Shown here piece by piece: positions 49,913-60,269 of a stretch of 64,000 nt of DNA. The notes below the pieces were generated by a model, which was not told the origin of the DNA, did no database searches, and worked only from the letters and a program-made list of their open reading frames with translations. Origin of the DNA: Candidatus Stercoripulliclostridium merdipullorum (GTDB lineage Bacteria; Bacillota; Clostridia; Christensenellales; DTU072); NCBI GenBank assembly GCA_018713745.1, contig DVOH01000013.1, forward strand, positions 13,959 through 77,958. The letters run 5' to 3'. Made by a program: the position numbers and the translations under genes. Each line of letters opens with the position of its first letter. Positions within the stretch are counted from its first letter, which is position 1.

Positions 49913-51187
49913 TTACATGACGCGAATAACGGCGTCGACGGCAACGACTTCGTTGAGGGAATTGATTTCGGCAATCGCTTGGTTGAGATTGTTTTCGCCC
50001 GTCTTGTGAATCATAAACAGAAGCGACGCTTTGCCGTCCTCCGCAGTCTGTTGCAGGCTGTTGATACTGACGCCGTATTTTGCAAAAACGCCCGCGATTT
50101 TGGCAAGCACGCCGCTCTTGTCGGCAACGGTCATGCGGACGTAATATTCGCTTTCGAAATTGGCGGCAAAGTCCTCGTCGCGTACGCCCGCCGCGCTGTT
50201 GTCGAAGGGGCAATAGCGGTGTTCGGTCTGCTTGGCGCAATAGACGATGTCGGAAACAATCGCGCTTCCCGTCGGCAGATCGCCTGCGCCCCTGCCGTAC
50301 AGCATAATATCCCCGACGTTGTCGCCGACGATGAAGCAAGCGTTGAAGCTGCCTTTGACGCCGGCAAGCGGATGCTCGTCCGGAACGAATGCGGGGTGAA
50401 CGCGGGCTTCGATTTTGCCGTCAACCAGCTTGCCGATGGCAAGAAGTTTGAGCGTAAAGCCGAACTGTTTGCCGAACTCGATGTCCTGTTTGCTGATTTT
50501 GCTGATCCCTTCGCGATAAATCTTGTCGATGGGGACGCGCTTGTGGAAGCAGAGAGAGGACAGAATGCTGAGCTTGTACATGCTGTCGAATCCGTCTACG
50601 TCGGCAGAGGGATTGGCTTCGGCATAGCCGAGTCGTTGGGCTTCTTTCAGAACATCGGCGTACTCCAGTCCTTCGTCCGCCATTTTGGTCAGAATATAGT
50701 TGGTCGTACCGTTGAAGATCCCCATGATCGACTGAACATGGTTGCCTTGCATCCCTTCGGTCAAGGTACGGATGACGGGAACCCCGCCCATACAGCTTGC
50801 TTCGAAATACAGCCCCGCGCCGCCTTCTTTTGCCGCCGCTTCGAGATCGCTCCAATGTTTGGCGACCAGCTCTTTGTTGGCGGTGACGACGCTCTTGCCG
50901 GCTTTCAGGACGGCGATCAAAAAGGAACGCGCCGGTTCGATTCCGCCGAAAAACTCGGCAACAATCTTGATGTCCTTGTTGTTGACGATATTGGCAACGT
51001 CCGTCGAAACGATGGCGGGATCGACGCCCAATGCCTCGACCTTGGTCATATCGCGTTCGAGAATGTGCATAATCTCAAGATCGACACCCTGCACCTTGCG
51101 GATGTAATCCTTGTTAGCGGTCAGAATCCGATAGGTTCCGCCCCCGACGGTACCTAAGCCCATCAAAGCAATTCCGATTTTTTTCAT
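49913..51187 (-). CDS. hom: Homoserine dehydrogenase with C-terminal ACT domain
   Basis: GLGTVGGG, VVTANK, FEASCMGGVP, GIFNGTTNYIL, GYAEANP..DVDG.D, GRGAG..PTGSAI. Confidence 0.96.
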   Translation of the reverse strand: MKKIGIALMGLGTVGGGTYRILTANKDYIRKVQGVDLEIMHILERDMTKVEALGVDPAIVSTDVANIVNNKDIKIVAEFFGGIEPARSFLIAVLKAGKSVVTANKELVAKHWSDLEAAAKEGGAGLYFEASCMGGVPVIRTLTEGMQGNHVQSIMGIFNGTTNYILTKMADEGLEYADVLKEAQRLGYAEANPSADVDGFDSMYKLSILSSLCFHKRVPIDKIYREGISKISKQDIEFGKQFGFTLKLLAIGKLVDGKIEARVHPAFVPDEHPLAGVKGSFNACFIVGDNVGDIMLYGRGAGDLPTGSAIVSDIVYCAKQTEHRYCPFDNSAAGVRDEDFAANFESEYYVRMTVADKSGVLAKIAGVFAKYGVSINSLQQTAEDGKASLLFMIHKTGENNLNQAIAEINSLNEVVAVDAVIRVM

Positions 51188-51197
51188 TACGTTCTCC

Positions 51198-51974
51198 TTA
51201 TTTATGATTGAATTCGTACAAAAGTTTGAGTCCTTTCAGGGACAGCGCACGGTCGACAATATCGATGCAATGCTTATTGTCGGCAGTAACCAGCTCGCTC
51301 ATACCGCCCGTTGCGATGACTTTGACGTCTTCGCGGCCGAGTTCGCGCTTCATCTCGGCGACGATCCCTTCGACCAGTCCGGTAAAGCCGTAAATGATCC
51401 CCGCCTGCATATTCTGAATGGTCGTCTTGCCGATAATCGACTCGGGGCGCACCAATTCGATCCGCGGCAGTTTGGCGGCGGTATTGGTCAACGCCTCGGC
51501 ACTGGACTTAATCCCCGGGGCGATGGCACCGCCGAGAAACGCACCGTTTTCGTCCACGATCCCGAAGGTTGTCGCGCTGCCGAAATCGACGGTAATACAG
51601 GGTCCGCCATAAAGATGATAAGCGGCGACGGCGTTGACGATACGGTCGGCGCCAAGCTCTTCGGGGACAAGGTACTGAATGCTGACCTTGCCGAGATCGA
51701 TGCCGCTGTGGACGGTAATCGGCTTCTTTTTGGTATAGAAGCGACACATATGCTCGATGGTATAATTCAGCGCGGGCGTAACCGACGACATAATCATCCC
51801 TTCGACGTCGGCAAAACTATATCCCTGACTGGAGAGAAGGTCGTAAAATACCATCCCGAATTCGTCCGCAGTCTTGGTATGATCGCTGGCAATACGCCAG
51901 GTACGTTCGATTTTGCCGTTTTTGAGCACACCGATCTTGATGTTGGTGTTGCCCAGATCCAAGAGAATGACCAT
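51198..51974 (-). CDS. coaX: Type III pantothenate kinase
   Basis: LDLGNTNIKIG, LGADRIVN, VDFGSATTF, FLGGAIAPG, VIATGG. Confidence 0.95.
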   Translation of the reverse strand: MVILLDLGNTNIKIGVLKNGKIERTWRIASDHTKTADEFGMVFYDLLSSQGYSFADVEGMIMSSVTPALNYTIEHMCRFYTKKKPITVHSGIDLGKVSIQYLVPEELGADRIVNAVAAYHLYGGPCITVDFGSATTFGIVDENGAFLGGAIAPGIKSSAEALTNTAAKLPRIELVRPESIIGKTTIQNMQAGIIYGFTGLVEGIVAEMKRELGREDVKVIATGGMSELVTADNKHCIDIVDRALSLKGLKLLYEFNHK

Positions 51975-52158
51975 AAAACCGTTACCTCTGAGCCTTTAGG
52001 AAAATTGTATCATAAACCCCGGATTTCGTCAAGGCGACAAGACCCATCCGAGCCGCTTGAAAAAGACGGAAAACCTCGAGATATGCCCATCTTTTCCCCT
52101 TTGGCTTCCGATGAACGTATGCCGATATGCGCATCTTGACAAATGCTGCCCCGACACG

Positions 52159-52186
52159 AAAAAACCCGCCCCTTTCGGGACGGGTG
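52159..52186 (-). terminator. Terminator of the alpha operon
   Basis: Minus strand ACCCGTCCC-GAAA-GGGGCGGGT followed by a T-run. Confidence 0.85.
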
Positions 52187-52210
52187 TTAATCGGATCGGA
52201 TGACAAGATG

Positions 52211-52723
52211 TCAGATCAGTTCGATGATGCAAAGGTCTGCATCGTCGCCGCGGCGGGTACCCAGCTTGATGATGCGGGTGTAGCCGCCACCTTGCTGCAG
52301 CTCTTGCGCGCGCTCGTCATAGCGAGGAGCGTATTCGCGGAAGATTTTTTCGATCAAGGGATGTTTGACGTCTTTGGTGCGTTCGACAAAGGCGCTTTTA
52401 CTCTCTTTGTCACCCTTGATTTCTTTGAGATCTTCGAGGTTTGCCATCATTTTGCGGCGGGCAGCCAGCTTCTTGGGTCCGTCGTTGACGAATTCGACTT
52501 CGATCTTTTCGTCTTTCATGTTGGTTTTGAGTTTTTTGACGGTGACGGTGTCCTTGTAGGTCTTGATGCCCAGCGTGATCATTTTTTCGGCGACTTTACG
52601 CACTTCTTTGGCGCGTTCTACCGTCGTTTCGATCTTGCCGTACCAAAGCAACTCGGAAGCCTGACTGTACACCATTTGTAATCTTTGATCGGTTCTTTTC
52701 CCTAATTTTCTTGCAATAGCCAT
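52211..52723 (-). CDS. rplQ: 50S ribosomal protein L17 (long form with internal insertions)
   Basis: RKLGKRTDQR, GKIETT.ERAKE, GGYTRIIKLGTRRGD. Confidence 0.95.
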   Translation of the reverse strand: MAIARKLGKRTDQRLQMVYSQASELLWYGKIETTVERAKEVRKVAEKMITLGIKTYKDTVTVKKLKTNMKDEKIEVEFVNDGPKKLAARRKMMANLEDLKEIKGDKESKSAFVERTKDVKHPLIEKIFREYAPRYDERAQELQQGGGYTRIIKLGTRRGDDADLCIIELI

Positions 52724-52733
52724 TGTTAACTCC

Positions 52734-53684
52734 TTACTCGTCCTTATTGTTCAGGCTCAGTCCCATGCTTTCGAGCTTCTTGATCACTTCGTCAAGAGAC
52801 TTTCTGCCGAGGTTTCTGACCTTGAGCATATCCTCTTCGGTACGCTTGACAAGGTCTTCCACCGTATAAATCCCCGCGCGCTTCAGGCAGTTGAGCGGAC
52901 GAACCGAAAGTTCGAGCTCTTCGATGCTCATCGAAAGCGTGCGTTGTCCGTTGTCGTCGTCGCGCGTCACCAAAATGTCGCGGTCTGCCATATTGTCGAC
53001 CAGGTTGATGAACAGTTTGAGATGATCGTCCATCACCTTTGCCGCGAGCGAAATCACTTCGCGGGGGCTGGAAGCCGCGTTGGTCTTGACGGTAATGCGC
53101 AGCTTGTCGTAGTCGATCGATTGTTCGACACGGGTACTTTCGACAGAGTAGCTTGCCGCCAATACGGGCGAAAACAGCGAGTCGATCGGGATATAGCCGA
53201 TGGCGGCTCTGGGATTTTTGTTGTCCTTCGCGCTGACGTAACCTCTCCCTACGCCGATGGTCATTTCCATATTGATGGAGCCGCCTTCGTCCAGGGTGCA
53301 GATGTATGCGCCGGGGTTCATCACTTCGATTCCGGTGGGGAACTCGATATCGCTTGCCGAAATCACGCCGGGCGTGTTGCGTACGAGATGAACGGGAGTG
53401 GGTTCGAATTTTTCGGGATTGTGCACCTTGATCGCAAGCTCTTTGAGGTTGAGGATGATGTCTGCAACGTCTTCGCGCACGCCGGGAATGGTGGAAAATT
53501 CGTGCTTGACGCCTTCGATCTTGATGCCGATGATGGCTGCGCCGGGCAGCGCGGTGCAGAGCACGCGACGGAGACAGTTGCCGATCGTCGTGCCGTAACC
53601 CCGTTCGAGCGGTTCGACGGTAAAGACGGCTTCGGCGTTGGAAGTTTCTTCGGCGGTGATTCTGGGTTTGAACATTTCCATCAT
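52734..53684 (-). CDS. rpoA: RNA polymerase alpha subunit
   Basis: EPLERGYGTTIGN.LRRVL, HEFSTIPGVRED, LELSVRPLNCLKRAGI, RNLGRKS. Confidence 0.98.
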   Translation of the reverse strand: MMEMFKPRITAEETSNAEAVFTVEPLERGYGTTIGNCLRRVLCTALPGAAIIGIKIEGVKHEFSTIPGVREDVADIILNLKELAIKVHNPEKFEPTPVHLVRNTPGVISASDIEFPTGIEVMNPGAYICTLDEGGSINMEMTIGVGRGYVSAKDNKNPRAAIGYIPIDSLFSPVLAASYSVESTRVEQSIDYDKLRITVKTNAASSPREVISLAAKVMDDHLKLFINLVDNMADRDILVTRDDDNGQRTLSMSIEELELSVRPLNCLKRAGIYTVEDLVKRTEEDMLKVRNLGRKSLDEVIKKLESMGLSLNNKDE

Positions 53685-53704
53685 AATTAAGAGCCTCCCG
53701 ACAA

Positions 53705-54328
53705 TTATTTCGAGTACAACTCGATGATCATATGTTCGGCAATCGACAGATCAACGTCTTCCCGTTTGGGCAGTTCGACAATCGAACCGGTCAGAGTCGC
53801 GGGATCGAAGGTCAGCCACTTGGGCATATTGGCGATCTTGCTCTCTTTGAGTTCGGTAAAGTATGCGTTGGCGCGTTTGTTCTCTTTGACGGCGATGACG
53901 TCGCCCGCTTTGGTCAGGTAGGAAGCGATGTCGACTTTTTTGCCGTTGACGGTGATGTGTCCGTGGTTGACAAGCTGTCTTGCCTGCGCGCGGCTGGAGC
54001 CGATGCCCATGCGGTAAACAACGTTGTCAAGACGGCGTTCAATCAGGCTGAGCATGTTTTCGCCGGTAACACCGCGCATTTTTTCAGCCATTTCGTAGTA
54101 CATATGGAATTGTTTTTCGAGCAAACCGTAGGCGCGTTTGGCTTTTTGTTTTTCACGCAGCTGAACGCTGTAAGGAGTGCTTTTTTTGCGCGCGGCGCCG
54201 TGTTGTCCGGGCGCAACGGGACGTTTTTCCATCGCGCAGGCGCGGGAGAAACATCTGTCCCCTTTCAAAAATAACTTGCAACCTTCGCGTCTGCAAAGTT
54301 TGCATACAGGTCCGGTATATTTCGCCAT
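53705..54328 (-). CDS. rpsD: 30S ribosomal protein S4 (Zn-binding form)
   Basis: [42 protein letters not shown]. Confidence 0.98.
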   Translation of the reverse strand: MAKYTGPVCKLCRREGCKLFLKGDRCFSRACAMEKRPVAPGQHGAARKKSTPYSVQLREKQKAKRAYGLLEKQFHMYYEMAEKMRGVTGENMLSLIERRLDNVVYRMGIGSSRAQARQLVNHGHITVNGKKVDIASYLTKAGDVIAVKENKRANAYFTELKESKIANMPKWLTFDPATLTGSIVELPKREDVDLSIAEHMIIELYSK

Positions 54329-54346
54329 TCTTCTATCCTCCTATGA

Positions 54347-54739
54347 TTACAATCTGCGGCGTTTGGGCGGGCGGCAGCCGTTGTGCGGGATCGGAGAAAC
54401 GTCCTGAATCTTCGTCACCTCGAGTTCGGCAACCTGCAGGGCGCGGATGGCGGATTCTCTGCCTTGTCCGGGACCTTTGACATAAACTTCTACGCGACGC
54501 AAACCGTGATCTTTGGCGACTTTGGCGGCGTCTTCGGCAACCATCTGAGCGGCATAGGGAGTCGCTTTGCGGCTACCCTTGAGCCCGAGTTTACCGGAGG
54601 ACGACCAGCTGATCGTGTTGCCCGAAAGATCGGTGATCGTAACGATCGTGTTGTTGAAGGAAGCGTGGATGTGCACTTGTCCTTTTTCGATATGTTTGAG
54701 ATCTTTTCTTCTCTTGATTGCGGATCTTCTGACAGCCAT
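54347..54739 (-). CDS. rpsK: 30S ribosomal protein S11
   Basis: [38 protein letters not shown]. Confidence 0.98.
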   Translation of the reverse strand: MAVRRSAIKRRKDLKHIEKGQVHIHASFNNTIVTITDLSGNTISWSSSGKLGLKGSRKATPYAAQMVAEDAAKVAKDHGLRRVEVYVKGPGQGRESAIRALQVAELEVTKIQDVSPIPHNGCRPPKRRRL

Positions 54740-54751
54740 CTTAGATTCCTC

Positions 54752-55123
54752 CTATTTCTTCTTCGCACGACCGACGGTACGCTTGGGACCTTTGCGGGTG
54801 CGAGCATTCTGCTTGGTGGACTGACCGCGGACGGGAAGACCTTTTCTGTGTCTTACGCCACGGTAGCAACCGATTTCCTGCAGACGTTTGATATTGAGCA
54901 TGACGTCTCTTTTGAGGTCGCCCTCGACGTGCAGATGCTCTTCGATGTAATCACGAATTTTGACAACCTGGTCTTCCGTCAGATCTTTGACACGGGTATT
55001 GGGGTCGATCTCGCAAGCTTCGAGAAGCTTGTTCGAGGTGGTACGCCCGATCCCGTATATATAGGTGAGACCGATTTCAACTCTCTTTTCACGCGGTAAA
55101 TCCACACCGGATATACGAGCCAT
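54752..55123 (-). CDS. rpsM: 30S ribosomal protein S13
   Basis: [40 protein letters not shown]. Confidence 0.98.
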   Translation of the reverse strand: MARISGVDLPREKRVEIGLTYIYGIGRTTSNKLLEACEIDPNTRVKDLTEDQVVKIRDYIEEHLHVEGDLKRDVMLNIKRLQEIGCYRGVRHRKGLPVRGQSTKQNARTRKGPKRTVGRAKKK

Positions 55124-55263
55124 TTAGTAACCTCCGAAAAAATTTTGATTGGTATGATATCTATATCCGATCATCAGGATAAACCGTGTGGAAGCCGGTT
55201 CAGCCGCTCCCGATGACATATACGGAACAGTTTGCAGCGATCCGCCTCAGCAAACCCCTGCAA
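55124..55263 (-). ncRNA. Structured 5' leader of the rpsM (alpha) operon, candidate r-protein leader
   Basis: About 140-nt UTR with stems GTTTGC/GCAAAC (55255-55230) and TCATCGGGA/TCCTGATGA (55216-55171). Confidence 0.4.
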
Positions 55264-55269
55264 TTTGCA

Positions 55270-55298
55270 ATTATACCATAAATAACTTCCGCTTGCAA
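55270..55298 (-). promoter_or_regulatory. sigmaA promoter of the rpsM-rpsK-rpsD-rpoA-rplQ operon
   Basis: TTGCAA (55298-55293), 17 nt, TGgTATAAT (TATAAT 55275-55270). Confidence 0.75.
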
Positions 55299-55365
55299 AC
55301 AAAATCACGCATTTGCAAGCGAAAGTCATCGGTTTTTTTGATTCAAATCGGAAAAAATTGATCCG

Positions 55366-55482
55366 TCAGCCTTGTTTCTGCTTGTGGTTGGGGTACTTGG
55401 AGCAGATGACCATAACTTTTCCGTTGCGTTTGATGATTTTGCACTTATCGCACATCGGCTTGACCGAGGGTCTGACTTTCAT
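55366..55482 (-). CDS. rpmJ: 50S ribosomal protein L36 (Zn-binding form)
   Basis: Not in the track; hand translation [38 protein letters not shown]; RBS AGGAGG. Confidence 0.97.
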   Translation of the reverse strand: MKVRPSVKPMCDKCKIIKRNGKVMVICSKYPNHKQKQG

Positions 55483-55499
55483 TGTATTGTCCTCCTGAA

Positions 55500-55718
55500 T
55501 TATTTGTTGCGGAACGTAATCCTTCCTTTGTTGTAGTCGTAAATACTGACGGCGACTTTGACGGTATCGCCTTTTTGAACCTTGACGTAATTCTGACGCA
55601 TTTTGCCCGACAGATACGCAATGATCTCGTGCCCGTTTTCGAGTTCGACACGGAAGCGTGCCGAGGGGAGCAATTCGGTAACTTTGCCTTCCAATTCAAT
55701 GCTGTCGCTTTTCGACAT
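55500..55718 (-). CDS. infA: Translation initiation factor IF-1
   Basis: [30 protein letters not shown]. Confidence 0.97.
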   Translation of the reverse strand: MSKSDSIELEGKVTELLPSARFRVELENGHEIIAYLSGKMRQNYVKVQKGDTVKVAVSIYDYNKGRITFRNK

Positions 55719-55733
55719 AAACCTCTCCTTCGA

Positions 55734-56009
55734 TTAAATGGAACCGTTATAATTGCGCAATGCGCTTTTGATTTCGGCGTCGAACACCTTTTTCCCTTCG
55801 GCGAGCTTGTCGCCGATTTTGTCAAACACTTCGTGCTGAAAGCGGAGGTGTTTGATTTTTTTGAGTTTGGGCGAGTCGATCCGGCGTTGGTCGCCGTCTG
55901 CGATCTTGACAAAGACGGAGTCGACGATCTCGACGATCAGGTAGAACCTGCCGGCGTCGCGCCCCGCCGTTGAAAAGACGACTCTGCCCAGTTGAGGGGA
56001 TTGATCCAT
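55734..56009 (-). CDS. KOW-domain RNA-binding protein (L14e-like)
   Basis: GRVVFSTAGRDAGRFY.I...V..ADG..R....PK.KK.KHL; conserved position between map and infA. Confidence 0.88.
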   Translation of the reverse strand: MDQSPQLGRVVFSTAGRDAGRFYLIVEIVDSVFVKIADGDQRRIDSPKLKKIKHLRFQHEVFDKIGDKLAEGKKVFDAEIKSALRNYNGSI

Positions 56010-56022
56010 AATCAGCCACCTG

Positions 56023-56769
56023 TCACAGGGTAATGATTTCGACGCCGTCCGAACCGATGACGACGGTGTTCTCGTAATGCGCGGAAGGCGAACCGTCCGC
56101 CGTCACGATCGTCCAGTCGTCCCCCGGAACCTGCGCGACTTTGCGCGATCCGAGGTTGATCATGGGTTCGATGGCAAGCGTCATGTTTTTGCTCACGCGA
56201 ATCCCTCTGCCCGCGATCCCGTAATTGGGTACGCTGGGATCCTCGTGTACGGTCGTGCCGATGCCGTGTCCGACGAGTTCGCGCACGACGGAAAATCCGT
56301 TGGCTTCGACAAACTTCATGATTGCCGCGCCCAGATCACCGAGGCGTGCGCCGTCTTTCAGAACGGCGATTCCGCGGAAAAAGCTTTCGCGGCACACGTC
56401 CATCAATTTGCGCTTCTCGGGAGAAACGCTGCCGATTGCAAAGGTACGCGCGGCGTCGGTATGGAAGCCGCCCAGTCCCGCGCCCACGTCGATTTTGAGG
56501 AGCATCCCCTCTTCGAGAACGCGGTTGCCGGGAATCCCGTGTACGATTTCGTCGTCGATCGAAGCGCAAATCGTGTTGGGGAAGCCGCCATAGCCCAAAA
56601 AGGACGGGACGGCATGATTGCGCTTGATATAGTCGTAGGCGATGGCATCCAGACGCCGGGTTGTTACGCCGGGCTTGGCATTCTCGCCGATCAGCTCGAG
56701 GACGTCGCGGGTAATTGCGCCCGCCTTACGCATCAAAGCGATTTCTTCTTCCGACTTGACGGTAATCAT
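56023..56769 (-). CDS. map: Methionine aminopeptidase type I
   Basis: CASIDDEIVHGIP, KIDVG, HTDAART, GHGIG..VHEDP, AIEPMIN, AHYENTV. Confidence 0.97.
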   Translation of the reverse strand: MITVKSEEEIALMRKAGAITRDVLELIGENAKPGVTTRRLDAIAYDYIKRNHAVPSFLGYGGFPNTICASIDDEIVHGIPGNRVLEEGMLLKIDVGAGLGGFHTDAARTFAIGSVSPEKRKLMDVCRESFFRGIAVLKDGARLGDLGAAIMKFVEANGFSVVRELVGHGIGTTVHEDPSVPNYGIAGRGIRVSKNMTLAIEPMINLGSRKVAQVPGDDWTIVTADGSPSAHYENTVVIGSDGVEIITL

Positions 56770-57386
56770 TTGCGGTCGAGGATCTCCTTGACGGCGACAA
56801 ATACTTCGTCGATCGAGCGGTTGCCGTCGACGTTGTACAAGACGCCTTTTTCGGCATAGTACTTGACAAGAGGTTCGGTCGTCTTGCGGTAAACCTCAAG
56901 ACGGTTTTTGATCGTTTCCTCTTTGTCGTCGTCGCGGATGTAAAGGGGCTGACCGCACTTGGCGCAGGTGTCCTTGTGGTAGGTCGAAATGTGATAGCTC
57001 TCGCCGCAACGGCACGTCCGTCTTCCGGTCAAACGCGCGGTGATAACGGAGAAATCCACTTCGATATTGATGACGGCGTCGATGTCGGTCAGACGGTCGA
57101 GCGCCTCGGCCTGCGGAATGGAACGGGGAAAGCCGTCCAGCAGGAAGCCTTTGGCGCAGTCCGCCTCTTTGAGACGGGCGTCGACGATCCGAACGACGAC
57201 GTCGTCGGGGACAAGCTGCCCTTTGTCGATGAAGGATTTGGCATAGACGCCGATCTCGGTGCCCTTCGCGATGTTGGAGCGGAAGGCGTCTCCGGTGGAG
57301 ATATGCGGGATGGCGTAATGCTGAGCGATTTTGGTCGCCTGGGAGCCTTTGCCGGCTCCCGGAGCGCCTAACAGAATTACTTTCAT
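56766..57386 (-). CDS. adk: Adenylate kinase
   Basis: LLGAPGAGKGSQA, HISTGD, LLDGFPRS. Confidence 0.97.
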   Translation of the reverse strand: MKVILLGAPGAGKGSQATKIAQHYAIPHISTGDAFRSNIAKGTEIGVYAKSFIDKGQLVPDDVVVRIVDARLKEADCAKGFLLDGFPRSIPQAEALDRLTDIDAVINIEVDFSVITARLTGRRTCRCGESYHISTYHKDTCAKCGQPLYIRDDDKEETIKNRLEVYRKTTEPLVKYYAEKGVLYNVDGNRSIDEVFVAVKEILDRK

Positions 57387-57387
57387 A

Positions 57388-58710
57388 TTATTTAAGGAAT
57401 CCTTTATTGTTCTTGATCAGGAGCTGCGACTCGAGCTGCTTCTGGAATTCGAGGGCGACCGAAACGACGATCAGAAGTCCCGTTGCCGAGAAGGCGTTGT
57501 TGAATCCGAAGGTAGCAAAGCCGTCGACCTGCTGCAGGATCAAGGTGGGGATCAACGCGATAATCGCAAGGAAGAGCGCGCCGAATAAAGTGAGACGGTT
57601 GTTGATTTTGCGAAGGTGATCGCTGGTGGCTTTTCCGGGGCGGATGCCGGGGATGAAGCCGCCGTTTTGCTGAAGCATACGCGCCACGTCATCGGGATTG
57701 AACTGAATCTGAGCGTAGAAGTACGCAAAGAAGATAATCAGGATGAACGCGATGAGCGGATAGAGTTTTCCGTTGGTGCCGAGCCACTCCGTCCACCACA
57801 GACCGAAGCCCGAGGTGCTTGCTCCTGCAAACTGGATGATCATCTGCGGGAACATAATCAAAGAGGTTGCAAAGATGATGGGCATAACGCCGCTTGCATT
57901 GACTTTGATCGGGATGTGGGTGGATTGACCGCCGTACATTTTGTTCCCTTTGATCTGTTTGGCATACTGAACCTGAATTTTGCGGTCCGCCATATCGACG
58001 AAAACGATAAAGACGAAGAGCACCAGAACCAGCAGGATAAATCCGAGGAGATACCAGATACCGGTCAGATCGCCCGACTTGACCTGTTCGTGGATGGTGC
58101 TGCCCGCGGCGGTCAGGATCGAATTGCCGAGGGTGGAAATGATGCCGATGAAGATGATCAGCGAAGTCCCGTTGCCGATGCCGTACTCGGTGATGCGTTC
58201 GCCGAGCCACATGACGAGGGAAGATCCGCCCGTCAGAATCAGGACGATACAGATCATCGTGAAGATTTCGCTGGTCTTGCTGTCGCCGAAGACGGGAGCG
58301 ATGAAGTCCTGCCAGGCGAACATGATGCCGATCGCCTGAATGATGGCGAGCAGAATCGAAAGATAACGCGTGTATTGCGTAATTTTTTTGCGCCCTTCTT
58401 CCCCGTCCTTCGAAAGTTTTTCGAGTTTGGGGATGATGAGGGTCAGCAACTGCATGATAATGAATGAGTTAATAAACGGCACGATACCGAGGGCGAAGAT
58501 GGTTCCGTTCTGGAAGGAACTCCCCGTGACGGTACTGAGCATTTGCAGAAAGTCATTGTTAGCAACGGTCGTGAAGCCCATTTCCGCCACGTTCAGCCCC
58601 GGGATCGGCACGAAACATCCGATTCTGTAAATCAGAATCAGGATGAACGTGTAGAGCATTTTCTTCCGAATATCGGGAGAAAGGAAGGCATTCTTGATGG
58701 TCTGGAGCAT
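57388..58710 (-). CDS. secY: Preprotein translocase SecY
   Basis: IFALGIVPFINSFII, WLGERIT..GIGNG.SL, IPIKVNASGVMPIIFA, FIPGIRPG. Confidence 0.98.
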   Translation of the reverse strand: MLQTIKNAFLSPDIRKKMLYTFILILIYRIGCFVPIPGLNVAEMGFTTVANNDFLQMLSTVTGSSFQNGTIFALGIVPFINSFIIMQLLTLIIPKLEKLSKDGEEGRKKITQYTRYLSILLAIIQAIGIMFAWQDFIAPVFGDSKTSEIFTMICIVLILTGGSSLVMWLGERITEYGIGNGTSLIIFIGIISTLGNSILTAAGSTIHEQVKSGDLTGIWYLLGFILLVLVLFVFIVFVDMADRKIQVQYAKQIKGNKMYGGQSTHIPIKVNASGVMPIIFATSLIMFPQMIIQFAGASTSGFGLWWTEWLGTNGKLYPLIAFILIIFFAYFYAQIQFNPDDVARMLQQNGGFIPGIRPGKATSDHLRKINNRLTLFGALFLAIIALIPTLILQQVDGFATFGFNNAFSATGLLIVVSVALEFQKQLESQLLIKNNKGFLK

Positions 58711-59153
58711 TAGCGCACCTCAGCTTTACCGCCTGCTTTTTCGATGATTTCGGCAGCCGATTTGGTGAATTTTTTGGCTTGAACCGTCAAGGCTTTGGAC
58801 AGTTCGCCCTGTCCGAGAACCTTGAGTCCGTACGGTTCGATTTTGCTGATCAGCCCTGCCGCCTTGCAAAGTTCGGCGGTGACGACGCTGCCGGCCTCGA
58901 ACACTTCGAGCTGACCGACGTTAACCACGGAATAGACTGCTTTGAATTTGTTTTTGAAACCTTTTTTGGGAAGACGTCTGGTGATCGGCATTTGTCCGCC
59001 TTCAAACCCGGGACGAACACCGCCGCCGCTTCTTGCCCATTGACCTTTGTGGCCCTTGCCGCTCGTTTTGCCGAGACCCGAACCGATCCCTCTGCCGAGA
59101 CGTTTGCTCGCTGTCACCGCGCCGTCGGCGGGAGCCATCGTATGCAATTTCAT
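58710..59153 (-). CDS. rplO: 50S ribosomal protein L15
   Basis: RLGRGIGSGLGKTSGKGHKGQ, FEGGQMP..RRLPK. Confidence 0.98.
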   Translation of the reverse strand: MKLHTMAPADGAVTASKRLGRGIGSGLGKTSGKGHKGQWARSGGGVRPGFEGGQMPITRRLPKKGFKNKFKAVYSVVNVGQLEVFEAGSVVTAELCKAAGLISKIEPYGLKVLGQGELSKALTVQAKKFTKSAAEIIEKAGGKAEVR

Positions 59154-59167
59154 AATAAGCTACCTCC

Positions 59168-59347
59168 TTAAATTTCTTCGACGCGGACGAGGTGCGAGAC
59201 CTTTTGGATCATGCCGCGGATGACGGCGTTGTCGTCGTGCACTTTGCTTTGTCCGACCTTTTTGAGCCCCAGGGCGGCGACGTTGGCTTTTTGCTTTTCG
59301 AGGCAGCCGATGGTGCTTTTGATAAGAGTAACTTTGATCTGTTTCAT
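59168..59347 (-). CDS. rpmD: 50S ribosomal protein L30
   Basis: Not in the track; hand translation MKQIKVTLIKSTIGCLEKQKANVAALGLKKVGQSKVHDDNAVIRGMIQKVSHLVRVEEI. Confidence 0.96.
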   Translation of the reverse strand: MKQIKVTLIKSTIGCLEKQKANVAALGLKKVGQSKVHDDNAVIRGMIQKVSHLVRVEEI

Positions 59348-59356
59348 AATCCCCTC

Positions 59357-59875
59357 CTATCCTTTGATTTCTTCGACGGTCTTACCGCGGAGGGCGGCAA
59401 TCTGGTCGATGGTCTTAAGACTCTTGAGTCCGTTGATCGTCGCTTTGACGCAGTTGATGGGGTTGTTGCTGCCGATCGACTTGGTGCGGATGTCCTTGAT
59501 GCCGCTGACTTCGAGTACGGCACGGACGGCACCGCCCGCGATCACGCCGGTACCTTCGGTTGCGGGCATCATGATGACTTTGCCGCGTCCGAAAATCCCC
59601 GTCGTTGCGTGCGGAATGGTGTTGTTGTCGCTTGCGATCGTAAACATCGATTTGATCGCGGCTTTGTTGGCCTTCTCGATCGCCTCGGGAACTTCGGCGG
59701 CTTTGCCCATCCCGGCGCCGACTCTGCCTTTGCCGTCACCGACAACGACGAGAGCCGAGAAGCGCATGTTCCGACCGCCCTTGACAACCTTGGTAACGCG
59801 GTTGACGGCGACGGTCTTTTTGATGAACTCGTCTCTGTGTTCTCTGTTGGATCTTTCTCTGTCATTTCTTGCCAT
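59357..59875 (-). CDS. rpsE: 30S ribosomal protein S5
   Basis: [33 protein letters not shown]. Confidence 0.98.
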   Translation of the reverse strand: MARNDRERSNREHRDEFIKKTVAVNRVTKVVKGGRNMRFSALVVVGDGKGRVGAGMGKAAEVPEAIEKANKAAIKSMFTIASDNNTIPHATTGIFGRGKVIMMPATEGTGVIAGGAVRAVLEVSGIKDIRTKSIGSNNPINCVKATINGLKSLKTIDQIAALRGKTVEEIKG

Positions 59876-59886
59876 GGTTCTTTCTC

Positions 59887-60255
59887 CTAAAACTCGAGTC
59901 CGGACTTTCTCGCGCCGTCGGCAAGAGCCGCTACGCGACCGGTGTAAAGGTAGCCGCCGCGATCGAACACAACCGCTTTAACACCTTTTTCCAACGCTCT
60001 TTCGGCGATGATGTTGCCGACGATGGTAGCCGCTTCGACTTTGGATTTGCCTTCGACCTTGGCGGCGATTTCCTTTTCGACGGTGCTGGCGGCGCAAAGG
60101 GTAACCCCTTTGACGTCGTCGATCACCTGAGCGTAAATGTGATTCAAAGACCGATAAACATTGAGACGCGGCGCTTCGGCAGTGCCGGAAATCTTGTTGC
60201 GCAATCTGATATGTCTTTTTTGTCTGACCTGATTCTTGTTGATTTTGTTAATCAT
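59887..60255 (-). CDS. rplR: 50S ribosomal protein L18
   Basis: [27 protein letters not shown]. Confidence 0.98.
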   Translation of the reverse strand: MINKINKNQVRQKRHIRLRNKISGTAEAPRLNVYRSLNHIYAQVIDDVKGVTLCAASTVEKEIAAKVEGKSKVEAATIVGNIIAERALEKGVKAVVFDRGGYLYTGRVAALADGARKSGLEF

Positions 60256-60269
60256 ACCGGGCTCCTCCT

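Noticed and set aside
52211-52723. Long L17 as a frameshift or assembly error
   Set aside because: The frame is continuous with conserved N- and C-terminal motifs, and similar insertion-bearing L17 proteins occur in other Clostridia.
55264-55318. Three TTGCAA palindromes near the rpsM promoter
   Set aside because: One is the -35 itself, the spacing is irregular (28 and 20 nt) and the 6-mer is too short to support an operator call.
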